DNA of 64,000 bases from Mobula hypostoma (taxonomy: Eukaryota), in assembly GCF_963921235.1 (NCBI RefSeq), contig NC_086097.1, forward strand, positions 209,066,001-209,130,000, in the 5' to 3' direction. This document shows positions 1 to 12,946 of the stretch, piece after piece (within the stretch, counting starts at the first letter, position 1; every line of letters starts with the position of its first letter). The notes under the pieces were generated by a model. The model worked only from the letters and a program-made list of their open reading frames with translations, was not told where the DNA came from and did no database searches. The translations under genes and the position numbers were made by a program.

Positions 1-690
1 AAATATTGTATGGATTACAGCGGCAGAGGCATGAAAGTAAAGGTAGACAGTCTGTCAGAGATGAAATAAAACAGTGCCATCAAAGACTCAGGAAAAGGGA
101 AAAAGTGGAGCACACCACCAAATAACCACACTTTTGTGGTAAGTCTTAATTATAATCAAAAATTATTTACATAACGAAATATCAGACCTATTTTAAGAAA
201 ACATTATTCCTTTCTATTTGCAATCATAAGAAGGTATCCAGTTTGATTTTAATTTGTGCCTCTAAAGCAAATGTTGTGAAAGAATGTTGCTGCTTTAGCA
301 AAACATGAACTTCTAGTCCTGAAAGGAAATTGCTGACTTTTTGCTTGAAGGAAGTAGAAATGCAAATATTCTAAAAATATTCACACCTCTTTTGAAGATG
401 CAGACAATGGATATAACACATATGCTAGACAAAGAGCTTCCTGAACTAGACCCAGCATCACAAAAACGTATTTAGAGCATAACATACGAAAGCTCGCAGT
501 AAAAAGAAACTTTTTGTTATTTTATTGAATTTGCTACTACCAGTTCGCAACATAAACCATGGACAAGAATGAAAACGGGAATAAATGTCACTGTGAAAAA
601 TGGAAGTTGTTTGGAACAAAATAGTGGTTGCTAGCAACAACCGTTTTTAAAAAGGCGAAGTAATACATACTTAATAAGAACTATATCTAT

Positions 691-737
691 ACATAGAAAC
701 ATAGAAACATAGAAAATAGGTGCAGGAGTAGGCCATT
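691..737 (-). mobile_element. CR1 LINE (family A) extreme 3' tail only
   Basis: Reverse complement reads aatggcctactcctgcacctattttctatgtttctatgtttctatgt, matching the 3' ends of the CR1 copies at ~9970-10014 and ~49186-49228. Confidence 0.8.
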
Positions 738-1380
738 TCTATATAGGTTGCTTACTGAAACAATTATTAAATATGTTAATCTCATTCAAAATTCTATTAT
801 GTATTTATTTTTTATGAAACACCTGACAAAAAACAAGTTTCAAACAATTTACAGATGTTGTTTGAATATTATATATTCGATACAGAACAAACTAATACTT
901 ATGACCTGACTTCAGATTGAAAAGGCTCCACTCCTGATGCAGAACCTCACTGACCGTGAGAGTCCAATGAGGAAGCCTGAATGACTAGTGGAACCCATAG
1001 GGTAAATAATTGAACAAAGCTCTTTATCCCGCCAACATATCCATAAAGCAATTGCCCTAACATCTTCCATGAGATTAGTTGATACTGCCTTAGTTTCAAG
1101 GTCCAAACATTTGCTGGCGCTTGATGTCCCATAGAATTGGGGATTTATTGTTCTTGAAATCAATCGCCAAAACAAAGTGGAAAGCTATAGAAATGAACGT
1201 TTTTCAGTTTTTATTCACTATGAAACCCTATTGAACATGCACCAATATGGAAAGAAAGAAAGAGATGATCTGATGCAAGGAGTAAGGTCTACATTATAGA
1301 TTTTTGGGCAAGTTCTCAACCATAGATCACGTTTATCATTGTACCATAATATGAAAAAGAATGGTTTCCTGATCTTTCGG

Positions 1381-2009
1381 TGGGAGGAGAGAGAGCAGCG
1401 CACCGCGCGTGCGCAGCCCTCTGGTGAAAAATGATATCGTATCCGTTAAATAGGGGCTGTGGACAATTCTGATTTGATGGAGACGGACACGAAAGCACAG
1501 AGGAACATCTGGAGAAATTTCTGAAATGCTCAGTCACTGCTGTCGTTACTGCACGGTCGGAAATCTTCCGGAGGGAAGGCCTCAAAATCCGTGGCTTTGC
1601 CTGCTGTTGGTGACCGAGATTGAGGTTGAATCGCTCAGACAGAGATGGTGCTCAGTACTCAGTGTCGGAGAGCTGATTCGGAGGCTCGAAGTTTTCGGAT
1701 GACTCAGAGACGGATTGTGGTCAGGCATGGCAGGGAGAGTTTTTCATCATTCTCCTGTCTGTGTGAGATGTGGGACATTTGAGAGACTTTGAACTTTTTA
1801 CTGTGTTCATGGACTTCTTCATCAAGTTATGGGATTGTTGCACTGTTGTAACTATATGTTATAATTATGTGGTTTTGTCAGTTTTTCAGTCTTGGTCCGT
1901 CCTGTGTTTTGTGATATCACACTGGAGGAAATATTGTATCTTTTCTTAATGCATGCATTACTAAATGACAATAAAAGAGGACTGCGTGTCTTCATAATCT
2001 AATCTAATC
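1381..2009 (+). mobile_element. Non-coding SINE-like/non-autonomous retroelement with (AATCT)n tail
   Basis: GC/CpG-rich 5' part, AATAAA near the end, terminal aatct repeats. The 3' ~220 bp recurs at 31907-32121 as an insertion inside a CR1, which shows it is mobile. Confidence 0.65.
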
Positions 2010-2197
2010 ATGTGAAGCAGGACAACAATTAGCTTCTCAACATAACTTTTATAGATCCTTGATATGAGTGATACAAATACTAAACTGTTCAACATCACAA
2101 AGTTAGCCTTTTTGTTTCTGGAAACACTCCAATAATTTCATAGAATCCAAGCACCTTCAGTTTATTACTAAATAATTAATATCTAAGATCTTAATTA

Positions 2198-2428
2198 TTT
2201 ATTTCATTTTACAGATTTAGCACAGTAACAGACCCTTCCGGCCAAATATGCTTGCTATGGACAATTAATCTATTAACCCTTACATCTTTGGAATGTGGGA
2301 GGAAACCAGTGCACCCGGACGTGGCCGTGGGGAGAAAATGCAAACTCTTTACAGACTTCGGCGGAATTGAACCTGAGTTGCTGGTGCTGTAATAGCATTA
2401 CACTAACTGCTACACTACCATGCTGCCC
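2198..2428 (-). mobile_element. tRNA-derived V-SINE (HE1-like)
   Basis: On the minus strand: gggcagcatggtagtgtagcagttag (A-box-like), ggttcaattcc (B box), V-domain-like ggtttcctcccacattccaaaga, CR1-like 3' end. Flanked by tcttaatta at 2189-2197 and 2432-2440. Confidence 0.8.
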
Positions 2429-2448
2429 AATTCTTAATTAGATTAATA

Positions 2449-2573
2449 ATGGGAGGGGTATGGAGGGCGATAGCCTGAGTGCAAGTCGATGGGAATAGGC
2501 AGTTTAAATGGTTCGGCACAGACTAGATGGGCCAAAGAACCTGCTTCCGTGCTGTCGTTATCTATGACTCGAT
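2449..2573 (+). mobile_element. CR1 LINE 3' end fragment
   Basis: atggagggc...ggttcggcacagactagatgggcc...gtgctgt...tctatgactc resembles the CR1 3' ends at ~60960-61090. Confidence 0.7.
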
Positions 2574-2747
2574 AGATAATTACCTTTTGAACACTTAAAA
2601 CTTTGTAAATCCCATCATTGTTTTCAGATGCAGAATTCAAACTTGTAACACTTTCCAATGAATCAATATCATTCCATGGGCAAAGACAACCCTCTCACTC
2701 TGAACTACAGGATGATTTTGATGGTGTAAATTTCAATTTAGACATTA

Positions 2748-3075
2748 CACATATAGACATAGAACAGTACAGCACTTTGCCCCACAATGTCTTTGCCAAC
2801 AATGACACAAAATTAATCCCTCTGTCTGCACATGATCTATATCCATCTATCTCTGCATATTTAAGTGCCTAGTTAGAAATCTCTTGGAAGACACGATCAT
2901 ATCTGCTTCCACTACCAACCCCAGCAGCACATTCCAGTCACCTACCACTCTGTGTAAAATAGCTACCTCACTAATCTCCTTTAAACTTTGCCTCTCTCAA
3001 TTTAAACTGTGTCGTCTAACCTGGGGAAAAGTTTCTTGCTGTCTACCCAATCTACTCCTCTAATAATTTGACATA
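2748..3075 (-). mobile_element. Degraded CR1 LINE 3' fragment
   Basis: catagaacagtacagcac tail plus cacctaccactctgtgtaaaa, the reverse of the conserved FTQRVV coding segment. Confidence 0.7.
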
Positions 3076-3496
3076 TATTTTAAATTAGATGATATGGAGA
3101 GGATTTTTAAAGTTACCTAATTGGGGTGTTAAAACAATTAATTAACTTTCATTTAAAACATTCAATATATATTGTATGTCTTTGACTTCATGCTTAGTCT
3201 CGGATCTCCACCTCCATGTTCCATGAATCTTAAATTTGAAATAGCTCCTTGCCCTCCTTTAGTATGGCAGTTTGGAAGAGCAATTTACACTTTAGGATTT
3301 ACCCTTTTACTGGATCTTGCCACCCTGTCTGGCAGTGTTGTGTTAGAGGTAGGAGTTTGGAAGGCAGTTAAAGTCAAAGATAATAGCTTTAATCTTTCAA
3401 AAGTTTAGCTGGGTTTCTCATTTTAACTAATTTAATGGAAGTCCATTAGGTTAAATGATAACAACGCTTACTTAATGGTGCTAGCTTTTGGAAACA

Positions 3497-3875
3497 CGTT
3501 AGGAAACATGGCTGCTGGGGAGGATTACAGGTAAAACTAAAAAGCAGGGCCCTAAGGCCCACCCCACTTTCCCGATTATCATCCTGGCTAATGTATGGTC
3601 CCTGGAAAATAAAAGTAAAGCTATCAGTGAAGTTGCTGTACAGAGGGACATCAAGGAGTATACTCTGCTCATTCCCAATATTCTCAACATAGCACTCCAG
3701 CCTATTGGCTTCACCATTCACTGTATGGACTGGACAACAACATCAGGTAAAGGCAGAAGAGACATCGTTTGCTTCATGATTAGCTGTTGTAGTGCACAGA
3801 CATGATTATTCTAACTCAGCCCTGTTCCCCCAATCTGAATCATCTGGCAGTCGAGAGTCATCTGTTCTACCTGCT
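3497..3875 (+). mobile_element. Rex1/Babar-like LINE, 5'/endonuclease fragment (degraded)
   Basis: Encodes IILANVWSLENK-like APE start, matching SILLVNVQSLENKIEDL at ~46460-46510 on the minus strand. Confidence 0.65.
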
Positions 3876-3877
3876 CA

Positions 3878-3981
3878 TATGGGGAGAAGGAAGGGGAGTG
3901 GGGATGACTGGATGAATTGGATCAGCCCATGATTGAATGGTGGAGCAGAGTCGATGGGCCAAATGGCCTACTTCTGCTCCT
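3878..3981 (+). mobile_element. CR1 3' UTR fragment
   Basis: tatggggagaagg...gatcagcccatgattgaatggtggagcagagtcgatgggccaaatggcctacttctgctcct, a typical CR1 3' terminus. Confidence 0.75.
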
Positions 3982-4790
3982 CAAGGGGTGATTGATACAC
4001 GGTACATTTAATGTCAAAGAAATGTATACAATATACATCCTGAAATACTTTTTCTTCACAACCATCTATGAAAACAGAGTAATGCCCCCAAAGAATGAAT
4101 GACAGTTAAATGTTAAAACCCCACAGCTCCCCCCTCACCCACATAAGCAGCAGCAAAGCAACAATCCCTCCTCCCCCATCAGCAAAAAAAAAGCATCGGC
4201 ACCCACCACCGAGCACTCAAGCATGCAGCAAAGACACAGACTTGCAGTACCCCAAAGACTACTCATTTACCCGATATTCGACATACCACAGGCTCTCTCT
4301 CTCTCCCTAATAAGGAACAAACAGGTGTTTCCATTTCACAGCAAGAGGAGAGACATAATAAAAAACTCGCTGATTTATGATGTTAAAAGTCCTTTGCCGT
4401 CGCTTTTTCCGAGCTCTGTGCCCAAAGAACTTGAGTCTCTGGGCAGACAGCCAGCAGCCAGCTCGTTGCTTTTGATTTTCTGTCTCCCACAACACATCGG
4501 ATTCCTGCAGACACCAACCTTCGGTCTGCCCATCTCCAGAGTCACGAAATCTCGGACCCCCCGAAGGTGAGTGAAGCTCTTAGGCCGCATCCTTGGCATT
4601 TTCAAATAATGGCCGGTCATGAAACCCCGAAAGCTGGTCCCATTCCCGCAAAGAACTGAAGTCAGCGCATAACTCCAGGTCAGGGTCTTCAAAAGAACGC
4701 TGAAAGGGAAAAATAGAGACATTAAAGATAGAAATAGAGCTCTTTCCAAAGATGCAAGCAAAGGGAGTCACCGTCAGGCGCCTTTGTCTC
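3982..4790 (-). mobile_element. ~800-bp non-autonomous retroelement (copy 1)
   Basis: Colinear homolog of 27471-28269 in the opposite orientation. No coding capacity recognisable. Confidence 0.8.
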
Positions 4791-4804
4791 CTCCTAAGCA
4801 ATAC

Positions 4805-6400
4805 CTCATGAAATTAGAGACATAGTCGGATGCACAACAACACTGGTAGGGTTTGCATGTAATTGCTTCCTATCAGGCAGAGCCGAACAGCCTAAATGGC
4901 AATATACTTCACTGCACAATGAGCTCGAAGTAGTGAGCTTTAAAAAGGCGAATAACACTACACCTGTGTGAATCTCCATGACATTCCGCAGCCCTCTAAT
5001 CTCTGTCTCAGAGGACGATGTTACAACATCCTTCAAGGGGCTGAATCTTTGCAAGCTATCAGGCCTCAATGGTGTACCTGACCAGGTACGTCCAACTTGC
5101 TGGCTGGAGTGCTCAAAGACATCTTTCACCTCTGGAAGTTCCCACCTGCATCAAAAGCGTATCAATTATACTGGTGCCAAAGAAGTAAAGGTTAAGCTGT
5201 TTAATAAATATTGCCTGATAACACTCACACCAACTATAATCAAGTACCTCAGGAGACTGTCTAGGATTGACTCTTGTCTGAACAAAGATCTGGACCTAAT
5301 ACAAGTCATCTAGCACGGCAACACCTCTACAATGGATGCAATTTCACTGAGTCCACACTGTTTTGCAGCATCTAGACAACTGCAGAACATACGTAAGGCT
5401 GCTCTTTATTAATTAAAGCTTCACATCCAATACCATAATCCCCTCGGTATTAATCACCAAGCTTCAAAACCTGGGGGTGTGTACCTCCCTCTGCAACTGA
5501 GTCCTCAGCTGCCTTATTTGGAGACTACACGCAATACAGATTGGTGATAACATCTTCTCCTCACTAGCAAACAACGGTGTACAGATCAAGGATGCACGCC
5601 TCGCCCACTGCTAAGCCACTGTGTGTCTAAGCACAGCTCAAATGCCATCAAATTCACAGATGACACCCCTGTTGTTAGTAAAATCTGGCATGGCAATGAG
5701 GAGGCACACAGGAGTGGGACAGATGAGCTGGTCGAGTGGTGTCACAACAACAACCTTGCACTCAGCATCAGTATGACCAAGGAACTGACAGTGGACTTCA
5801 AGAAGGGGAAGACACAACAGTCCTCGTTGAGGAGTGACCAGTGGAAAGGGTGAGCAGCTCAACGTTCCTGGGTGTCAACATCTCAGAGGATTTGTCCTGA
5901 GCTCAGTACATTGATGCAATCATGCAGAAGACACACAAACAGTTCTAGTTCATTAGGAGGTGTGGTATACACTTACACTTTTTTTAGATGTAGAGTGAAA
6001 AGCATTCCAGCCAGGTGAGGAGTCTTTAATGCACAGGGTAACTAGTGGTTGCAGAAGGCTGTAGACTCAGTTACGCCACCATAGATAAATCCTCCCCACC
6101 ATTGAGGACATCTCTGAGCAGCTGTTCCTCAAGAAGGCTGCATCCGTTGTTGAGGACCCTCACCATCCAGGACATGTCCTCATCTCATTACTACAATGAA
6201 GGAGCAGGAACCTGAAGACAAACTCAATATTTAGAAAAGTTTTCTTTCCTTCCACCATCAGATTTCTGAATAGTCCATCATTATTTACACAATGCATTTA
6301 TTTTGTATTTATAGAAATTTTATGCTTTTGCCCTGTACTATTGCCACAAAACAACAACATTTTGCATCATATACAACAGTGATTATAAACCTAATCCCAA
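4805..6400 (+). mobile_element. Rex1/Babar-like LINE RT region and 3' UTR (degraded)
   Basis: IKFTDDT...WCHNNNLALSISMTKELTVDF motif; colinear with the copy at 35880-37160; 3' end gattataaacct. Confidence 0.8.
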
Positions 6401-6699
6401 TAGAGAATATTAGAGAGATTAGCGTGTAGATTCCATAGCACAATTAAACTGAGATATTGTAAAAATTAGGGTTTGGGCTTCCACCCAGCTTTTCGAACAA
6501 CCCTAATAAAGCAAAACAGAATTCTCACTTTTTGAATTAACAGCTGTCCCTGATGATTTTATGATGTTTTTATTAAATAGTGGGATATCCAATGTCTAAT
6601 TGAGAATCCTTTTATGTATTCAGGTGTGTAATATAGTTCAATTAGTTTAATCAGTATGGTTCTAAATTATTTTCATTTACGGCACAAATCATCCTCTTT

Positions 6700-6766
6700 A
6701 ATGGAGAGGAATAATAGATCAGTCATGATGAAAAGGTGGAGTAGACTGGATGGGCTAAGTGGTATA
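6700..6766 (+). mobile_element. Older CR1 3' UTR, left part (continues at 10016-10050)
   Basis: gatcagtcatgat...gactggatgggctaagtggtata joins attctgctcctataccttatgatcttatggtc after the intervening CR1. Confidence 0.65.
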
Positions 6767-9700
6767 GTCAGAGTAGAAATAGGGGGATATTTCAGATGAA
6801 TACATGGCGTGAAAAATGGTGCAAGGGGGAGGGATTCAAATTCCTGGGTCATTGGAACCAGTTCTAGAGGAGGTGGGACCGGTACAAGCAGGACGGTCTG
6901 CACCTGGGCTGGACTGGAACCAATGTCCTAGGGGGAGCGTTTGCTACTGTTGTTCAGGAGGATTTAAACCAATGTGGCAGGGGATGGGAACAAGTGCAGA
7001 GAGACAGAAGCGTATAAAAAGAGGGTAGAAGCAAAAAGTAGTAAGGTGAAATGTAAAAGTGGCAGGCCGGCAAATCCAGGGCAAAAATCAAAAAGGGCCA
7101 CTTTTCAACATAATTGTATAAGGGCTAAGAGTGCTGTAAAATCAAGCCTGAAGGTTTTGTGTGTCAATGCAAGGAGCATTCGTAACAAGGTGGATGAATT
7201 AAAAGTGCAGATTGTTATTAATGAATATGATATAGTTAGGATCACAGAGACATGGCTCTGGGGTGACCAAGGATGGGAGCTCAACATTCAGGGATATTCA
7301 ATATTCAGGAGGGATAGTCGTGAAAGAAAATGAGGTGGGGTGACATTGCTGGTTAGAGAGGAGATTAATGCAATAGAAAGGAAGGACATTAGCTGGGAGG
7401 ATGTGGAGTCGATATGGGTAGAGCTGCATAACACTAAGGGGCAGAAAACGCTGATGGAAGTTGTGTACAGGCCATCTAACCGTAGTAGTGAGGTTGGAGA
7501 TGGCATTAAGGAGGAAATTAGAAATGCGTGCAATAATGGATCAGCAATTATAATGGGTGACTTCAATCTACATATAGATTGGGTGAACCAAATTGGTAAA
7601 GGTGCTGAGAAAGAGGATTTCTTGGAATGTATGCGGGAAGGTTTTCTCAACCAACATGTCGAGAAACCAACTAGAGAGCAGGCCATTCTAGACTGGGTAT
7701 TGAGCAATGAGGAAGGGTTAGTTAGCAATCTTGTCGTGCAAGGATCCTTGGGTAAGAGTGACCATAATATGGTGGAATTCTTCATTAAGGTGGAGAGTGA
7801 TATAGTTAATCCAGTAACAAAGGTGCTGAACTTAAAGAAGGGTAACTTTGAAGGTATGAGACGTGAATTAGCTAAGATAGACTGGCATATGATACTTAAA
7901 GGGTTGACGGTGGATATGCAATGGCAAGCATTTGAAGATCTCCTGGATGAACTACAACAATTGTTCATTCCAGTTTGGCAAAAGAATAAACCAGGGAAAA
8001 TTAGGGATAGTATTGATTCCAAAGAAGAGACATACAAATTAGCCAGAAAAAGCGGCACACCTGAGGACTGGGAGAAATTCAGAGTCCAGCAGAGGAGGAC
8101 AAAGGGCTTAATTAAGAAAGGGAAAAAAGATTATGAAAGAAAGCTGGCAGGGAACATAAAAACTGACTGTAAAAGCTTTTATAGATATGTGAAAAGAAAA
8201 AGTTTGGTTAAGACAAATGTAGGTCCCTTACAGTCAGAAATAGGTGAATTGATCATGGGGAACAAGGACATGGCAGACCAATTGAATAACTACTTGGTTC
8301 TGTCTTCACTAAGGAGGACATAAATAATCTTCTGGAAATAGTAGGGGACAGAGGGTCCAGTGAGATGGAGGAACTGAGGGAAATACATGTTAGTAGGGAA
8401 ATGGTGTTAGCTAAATTGAAGGGATTATAGGCAGATAAATCCCCAGGGCCAGATGCTCTGCATTCCAGAGTGCTTAAGGAAGTGGCCCAAGAAATAGTGG
8501 ATGCATTAGTGATAATTTTTCAAAACTCTTTAGATTCTGGATTAATTCCTGAGGATTGGAGGGTGGCTAATGCAACCCCGCTTCTTAAAAAAGGAGGGAG
8601 AGAGAAACCAGGGAATTATAGACCGGTTAGCCTGACATCGATGGTGGAGAAAATGCTAGAGTCAGTTATCAAAGATGTGATAACAGCACATTTGGAAAGC
8701 GCACAAAGTCAGCATGGGTTTGTGAAAGGAAAATCATGTCTGACGAATCTCATAGAATTTTTTGAGGATGTAACTATTAGAGTGGACAGGGGAGAACCAG
8801 TGGATGTGGTATATTTGGATTTTCAAAACGCTTTTGACAAGGTCCCACACAGGAGATTAGTGTGCAAACTTAAAGCACACGGTATTGGGGGTATGGTATT
8901 GATGAGGATAGAGAATTGGTTGGCAGACAAGAAGCAAAGAGTGGGAATAAACGGGACCTTTTCAGAATGGCAGGCAGTGACTAGTGGGATACCGCAAAGC
9001 TCAGTGCTGGGACCCCAGTTGTTTACAATATATATTAATGACTTAGACGAGCGAATTAAATGCAGCATCTCCAAGTTTGTGGACGACACGAAGCTGGGTG
9101 GCAGTGTTAGCTGTGAGGAGGATGCTAAGAGGATGCAGGGTGACTTGGATAGGTTAGGTGATTGGGCAAATTCATGGCAGATGAAATTTAATGTGGATAA
9201 ATGTGAAGTTATCCGCTTTGGTGGCAAGAACAGGAAAACAGATTATTATCTGAATGGTGGCCGATTAGGAAAAGGGGAGGTGCAATGAGACCTAGGTGTC
9301 ATTGTACACCAGTCATTGAAAGTGGGCATGCAGGTACAGCAGGCGGTGAAAAAGGCAAATGGTATGTTGGCATTCATAGGAAGAGGATTCGAGTACAGGA
9401 GCAGGGAAGTACTACTGCAGTTGTACAAGGCCTTGGTGAGACCACACCTGGAGTATTGTGTGCAGTTTTGGTCCCCTAATCTGAGGAAAGCCATTCGTGC
9501 CATAGAGGGAGTACAAAGAAGGTTCACCAGATTGATTCTTGGGATGGCAGGACTTTCATATGATGAAAGACTGGATCAACTAGGCTTGTACTCTCTGGAA
9601 TTTGGAAGATTGAGGGGGGATCTGATTGAAACATATAAAATTCGGAAGGGATTGGACCAGGCTAGATGCAGGGAGATTGTTCCCAATGTTTGGGACGTCC

Positions 9701-10015
9701 AGAACGCGGGGTCACAGTTTGAGGATAAAGGGGAAGCCTTTTAGGACCGAATTGAGGAAAAACTTCTTTACACAGAGAGTAGTGAATCCGTTGAATTCCC
9801 TGCCATAGAAAACAGTTGAGGCCAGTTCATTGGCTATATTTAAGAGGGAGTTAGATATGGCCCTGGTGGCTAAAGGGATTAGGGGGTATGGAGAGAAGGC
9901 AGGTACAGGGTTCTGAGTTGGATGATCAGCCATGATCGTACTGAATGGCAGTGCAGGCTCGAAGGGCTGAATGGCCTATTCCTGCACCTATTTTCTATGT
10001 ATCAATGTTTCTATA
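6767..10015 (+). mobile_element. CR1 LINE (family A), 5'-truncated within ORF1, essentially complete ORF2
   Basis: ORF1 tail WCKGEGFKFLGHW...YKQDGLHLGWTGTNVL (SGNH esterase DxxH block), then ORF2 APE and RT motifs and a (TTTCTATG)-like tail. Confidence 0.95.
6974..9916 (+). pseudogene. CR1 ORF2 (APE endonuclease + reverse transcriptase), disrupted
   Basis: [61 protein letters not shown]. Several stops, frameshifts and small deletions. Confidence 0.92.
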
Positions 10016-10554
10016 ATTCTGCTCCTATACCTTATGATCTTATGGTCTTTCTGTCGAGGTAAACCTCACTAGTGTACCAGCTGCCTGCATTGATACACAT
10101 CTTGTAATGCCTCACCTATGAAGATTGCTAATCTTATGCAGTTCATGTCTTAAGACGAGAAGTTTCTTTCCCTTAAAGTGATTAATCACTTGCCACGTCT
10201 TTCAGGCAACATGTAATAAAAGTAGACAGTGCTGTAAGTATTAAACAGACCAAGCAGCATCTGCAGAGAAAGAAACAGAAATGATGTGGGGGAAGGAAGT
10301 ATGCATAAGTATCTCTGCGTCTATTGCCACGCAAGAATTCTTCAAACCCTGTGATAGATGGCACTGTTAGTCATCTATCACTCTGTAAATGACCTAATTC
10401 ACAATTCACTCTGCAAATGACCTAAGATATTATGAGGCATAGGCTCATAAGCCAACAGAGGTTTCACCCTGGGTGTGTTTATTCCAAGATTATTTTTATT
10501 CAGCGTTGTGACGGCCACTGATATCAATTGCAAAGTAGTCAAACTCAGTCAGGC

Positions 10555-11720
10555 ACTTTAATGGCAGTGGCTCTAGAATATTGATGTACAGAGAGGCCTT
10601 AGAATCCATCCGGTGCTCTCTAAAAGTGGCAACACAAGTAAGTAAGACATATGTCATGCTTGCCTACATTGGTCAGAGCATTAAGTTTGAGTCAGGTAGT
10701 AGGATGATCACTTAAGTCGAGTATAATGTTCTCCTAAGGAGTTGTCTATTGATGGGTCGTCAGGTGGTTGTAGGGTTTGACCAGAGATCCACATATCCTG
10801 ATGCAGTGTTGGCAGGAGTAAGTGGTGGTTGAGGTTAGTGGTTGGGTCATTTGATTGTCAGTGTCTCCTTTTGCAGCTGCCACTTTCTCTCTGTGCCAGA
10901 GCGGATGTCATTCTCATGTAGTGCAGCTCCCGCTGGAACAGATTTCCTGCAGGTGTACTTATTGAGTACGACGTCTTCCCCAGTTTCAGACATAATGTTG
11001 AATTTCTTCATGCAGATTTGTAAGTTCTCTTTGAAGCATTTCCTTTGCCCACCAGGGGCTTGCTGACCTTCCTTCAAATGGGAGAAAAGGATCTATTTGG
11101 GGAGACATGAGTTAGGAGTTGGTGTTGCTTTATCGCAGTGCAGATGCTGTTATTTTGGCCTCCTCCAGCATGCTGGTGTTAGTGTGTCTGTCCTTCCAGC
11201 TGATCCTTAAAGTCATTCGTAAGGATCTTTGTTGGTATTTTTCCAGGGCTTTCAAGTGCCTGTTGTTGGTGGGTAGTAATAGCTATGTTGCAGCTGCATA
11301 AAATGTTGGTTAGGCCACATTTTGTATGTTGTGCACAATTCTGGCCATCCCTTTACAAGAAAGATGCGGAGGCTTTGGAGATGATACAGAAGAGATTCAC
11401 TAGTATGCTGTACATATAAGACCATAAGACATAGGAACAGCATTAGGCCATTTTGTCCATCTAATCTTCTCTGCTATTTCATCATGCCTAATCCAATTTT
11501 CCTTTCAGCCCCAATCTCCTGCCTTCTCCCCATGTCCCTTCATGTCCTGACCAATCCAGAATTTATCAAACACTGAGAGAGCATTAGGAGCTGGACAAAC
11601 TTGGAAACTTTCCCTAGGGTATTGGAAGCTGAGTGGAGACCTGAAAGAGGTTTATAAAATTATGTGAGGCACAGAGTCATTTTTCCCCTATAGTAGAAAT
11701 GCCAAAATATGAAAATGTGC
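10555..11720 (+). mobile_element. Old CR1 ORF2 3' fragments interrupted by an RTE fragment and a minus-strand CR1 tail (11415-11570)
   Basis: Degenerate LKVATQV / LVRPH...QFW / RRFTSML segments at 10555-10700, 11280-11410 and 11575-11720. Confidence 0.6.
10702..11271 (-). mobile_element. RTE-clade LINE 3' fragment
   Basis: Minus-strand translation RHLKALEKYQQRSLRMTLRISWKDRHTN...LKEGQQAPGGQRKCFKENL, typical of RTE/BovB-like C-termini. 7-bp direct repeat ggtagta at 10695-10701 and 11272-11278. Confidence 0.75.
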
Positions 11721-12946
11721 AAAATTGGCTTCATGTATTGTTTGCACATTTTAAAATGTGTGCTACACACTGCAATTTCAACCAACCATATCAGTACTGA
11801 CTGAGGAACAGAATAGCAGGGCAGATGGGAAAACTGCATGTTCTCAGGGAACAAAAGTGCCAGCCTAGACTGGGGGAACAGAGTGTCAGCCCACACCTAT
11901 CTGTTCTGCTTCCTAATTGATTTTGTACAGCACATTTTGTCTTGGCATAAAAGCAAAGTCAATATGTTTAAAAAAAACTTCCCCAATACAACACTACCTT
12001 CACTAAATAGATCTTTAAATGAGATAGGCTGATGCTCAAATAAGCAAACTGTAGTTATCTCAGCTTTGCTGGTGACAGGCAATTCATTTGTGTGTCTGTC
12101 TGACAATCATCAAAACACTAGCAAAGAACAGGAATACACAGTTTTGCCTATTAACACTTAAGCACAAAACGTGACAGTAAAATGCTGGAGGCTCCATCAA
12201 AATGAAAAATATTATGGTTAGGGTGCTAATCGGCATGAGATTAAGTAACACGTCTTTGTCTGTGTTTCTTCATAATTAGTTTACTACTGTGGCTATTAAA
12301 GTAGCTGTGTTTTCTCTGCTTAATCCAAAGGTGACAAATTTTGTTTCAGTCAGATCAGTGGAGTGTAAGATTTATGTGAGGCAGATTATTATATACCTTT
12401 CTTGTGGTGACCAAAAATAAAGTTTGGTGTTTGCAAAAACAAATGGAAAAGCATTACAAGAGTGAAAATAACTGCTCTGCACATAAAACTGTGAAAGAAT
12501 ACTGAAGGAAAACTACAATGGACAATGAGGCTTAATGAGATAATATACCATGAAATATTAAGGAGCAAGAATTTAACACTGTTTCCGAACTATAATTTTA
12601 ATTGACAATTTTATTTTACTTTAATTATTTTCTATTTCGCTTGCAGTTGCTGCATTTTACAAATACATTAAAAAAACTGAGCAGGCAAGATGATGACATA
12701 TTCAAGGTTCAAGATTGTTTAATGCCATTTCCAGTACACAAGTGTAAAGGAGAATGAAATAATTGTTCCTCTGGATCAAGTGCAGCGTAAGATTAAACAC
12801 AGTAAGATAAAGAGCACATAAATAGATAAAACACAATAAATATAAACGCAAACAACAGGAATTCTGCAGATGCTGGAAATTCAAGCAACATACATCAAAG
12901 TTGCTGGTGAACGCAGCAGGCCAAGCAGCATCTATAGGAAGAGGCG

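Noticed and set aside
21..138. Exon-like segment (ttacag ... gtaagt) on the plus strand
   Set aside because: All three frames contain stops and no recognisable protein is encoded; a non-coding exon cannot be shown without RNA data.
912..1175. 87-aa minus-strand ORF; the plus strand has a faint Harbinger-like LM...IIEQ...AL pattern
   Set aside because: No recognisable domain, and the resemblance is too weak to support by eye.
2340..2428. tRNA-like A/B boxes
   Set aside because: These are SINE heads (also at ~22250 and ~57370), not tRNA genes.
7288..8058. Long antisense ORFs over LINE ORF2 (also 13389-13961, 49259-49816 and others)
   Set aside because: Shadow or alternative frames of retroelement coding sequence.
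10378..10425. Short direct duplication tcactctg(t/c)aaatgacctaa (similar small duplications at ~32866-32903 and 60302-60323)
   Set aside because: Two-copy local duplications or insertion-junction by-products; not a CRISPR-like or satellite array.
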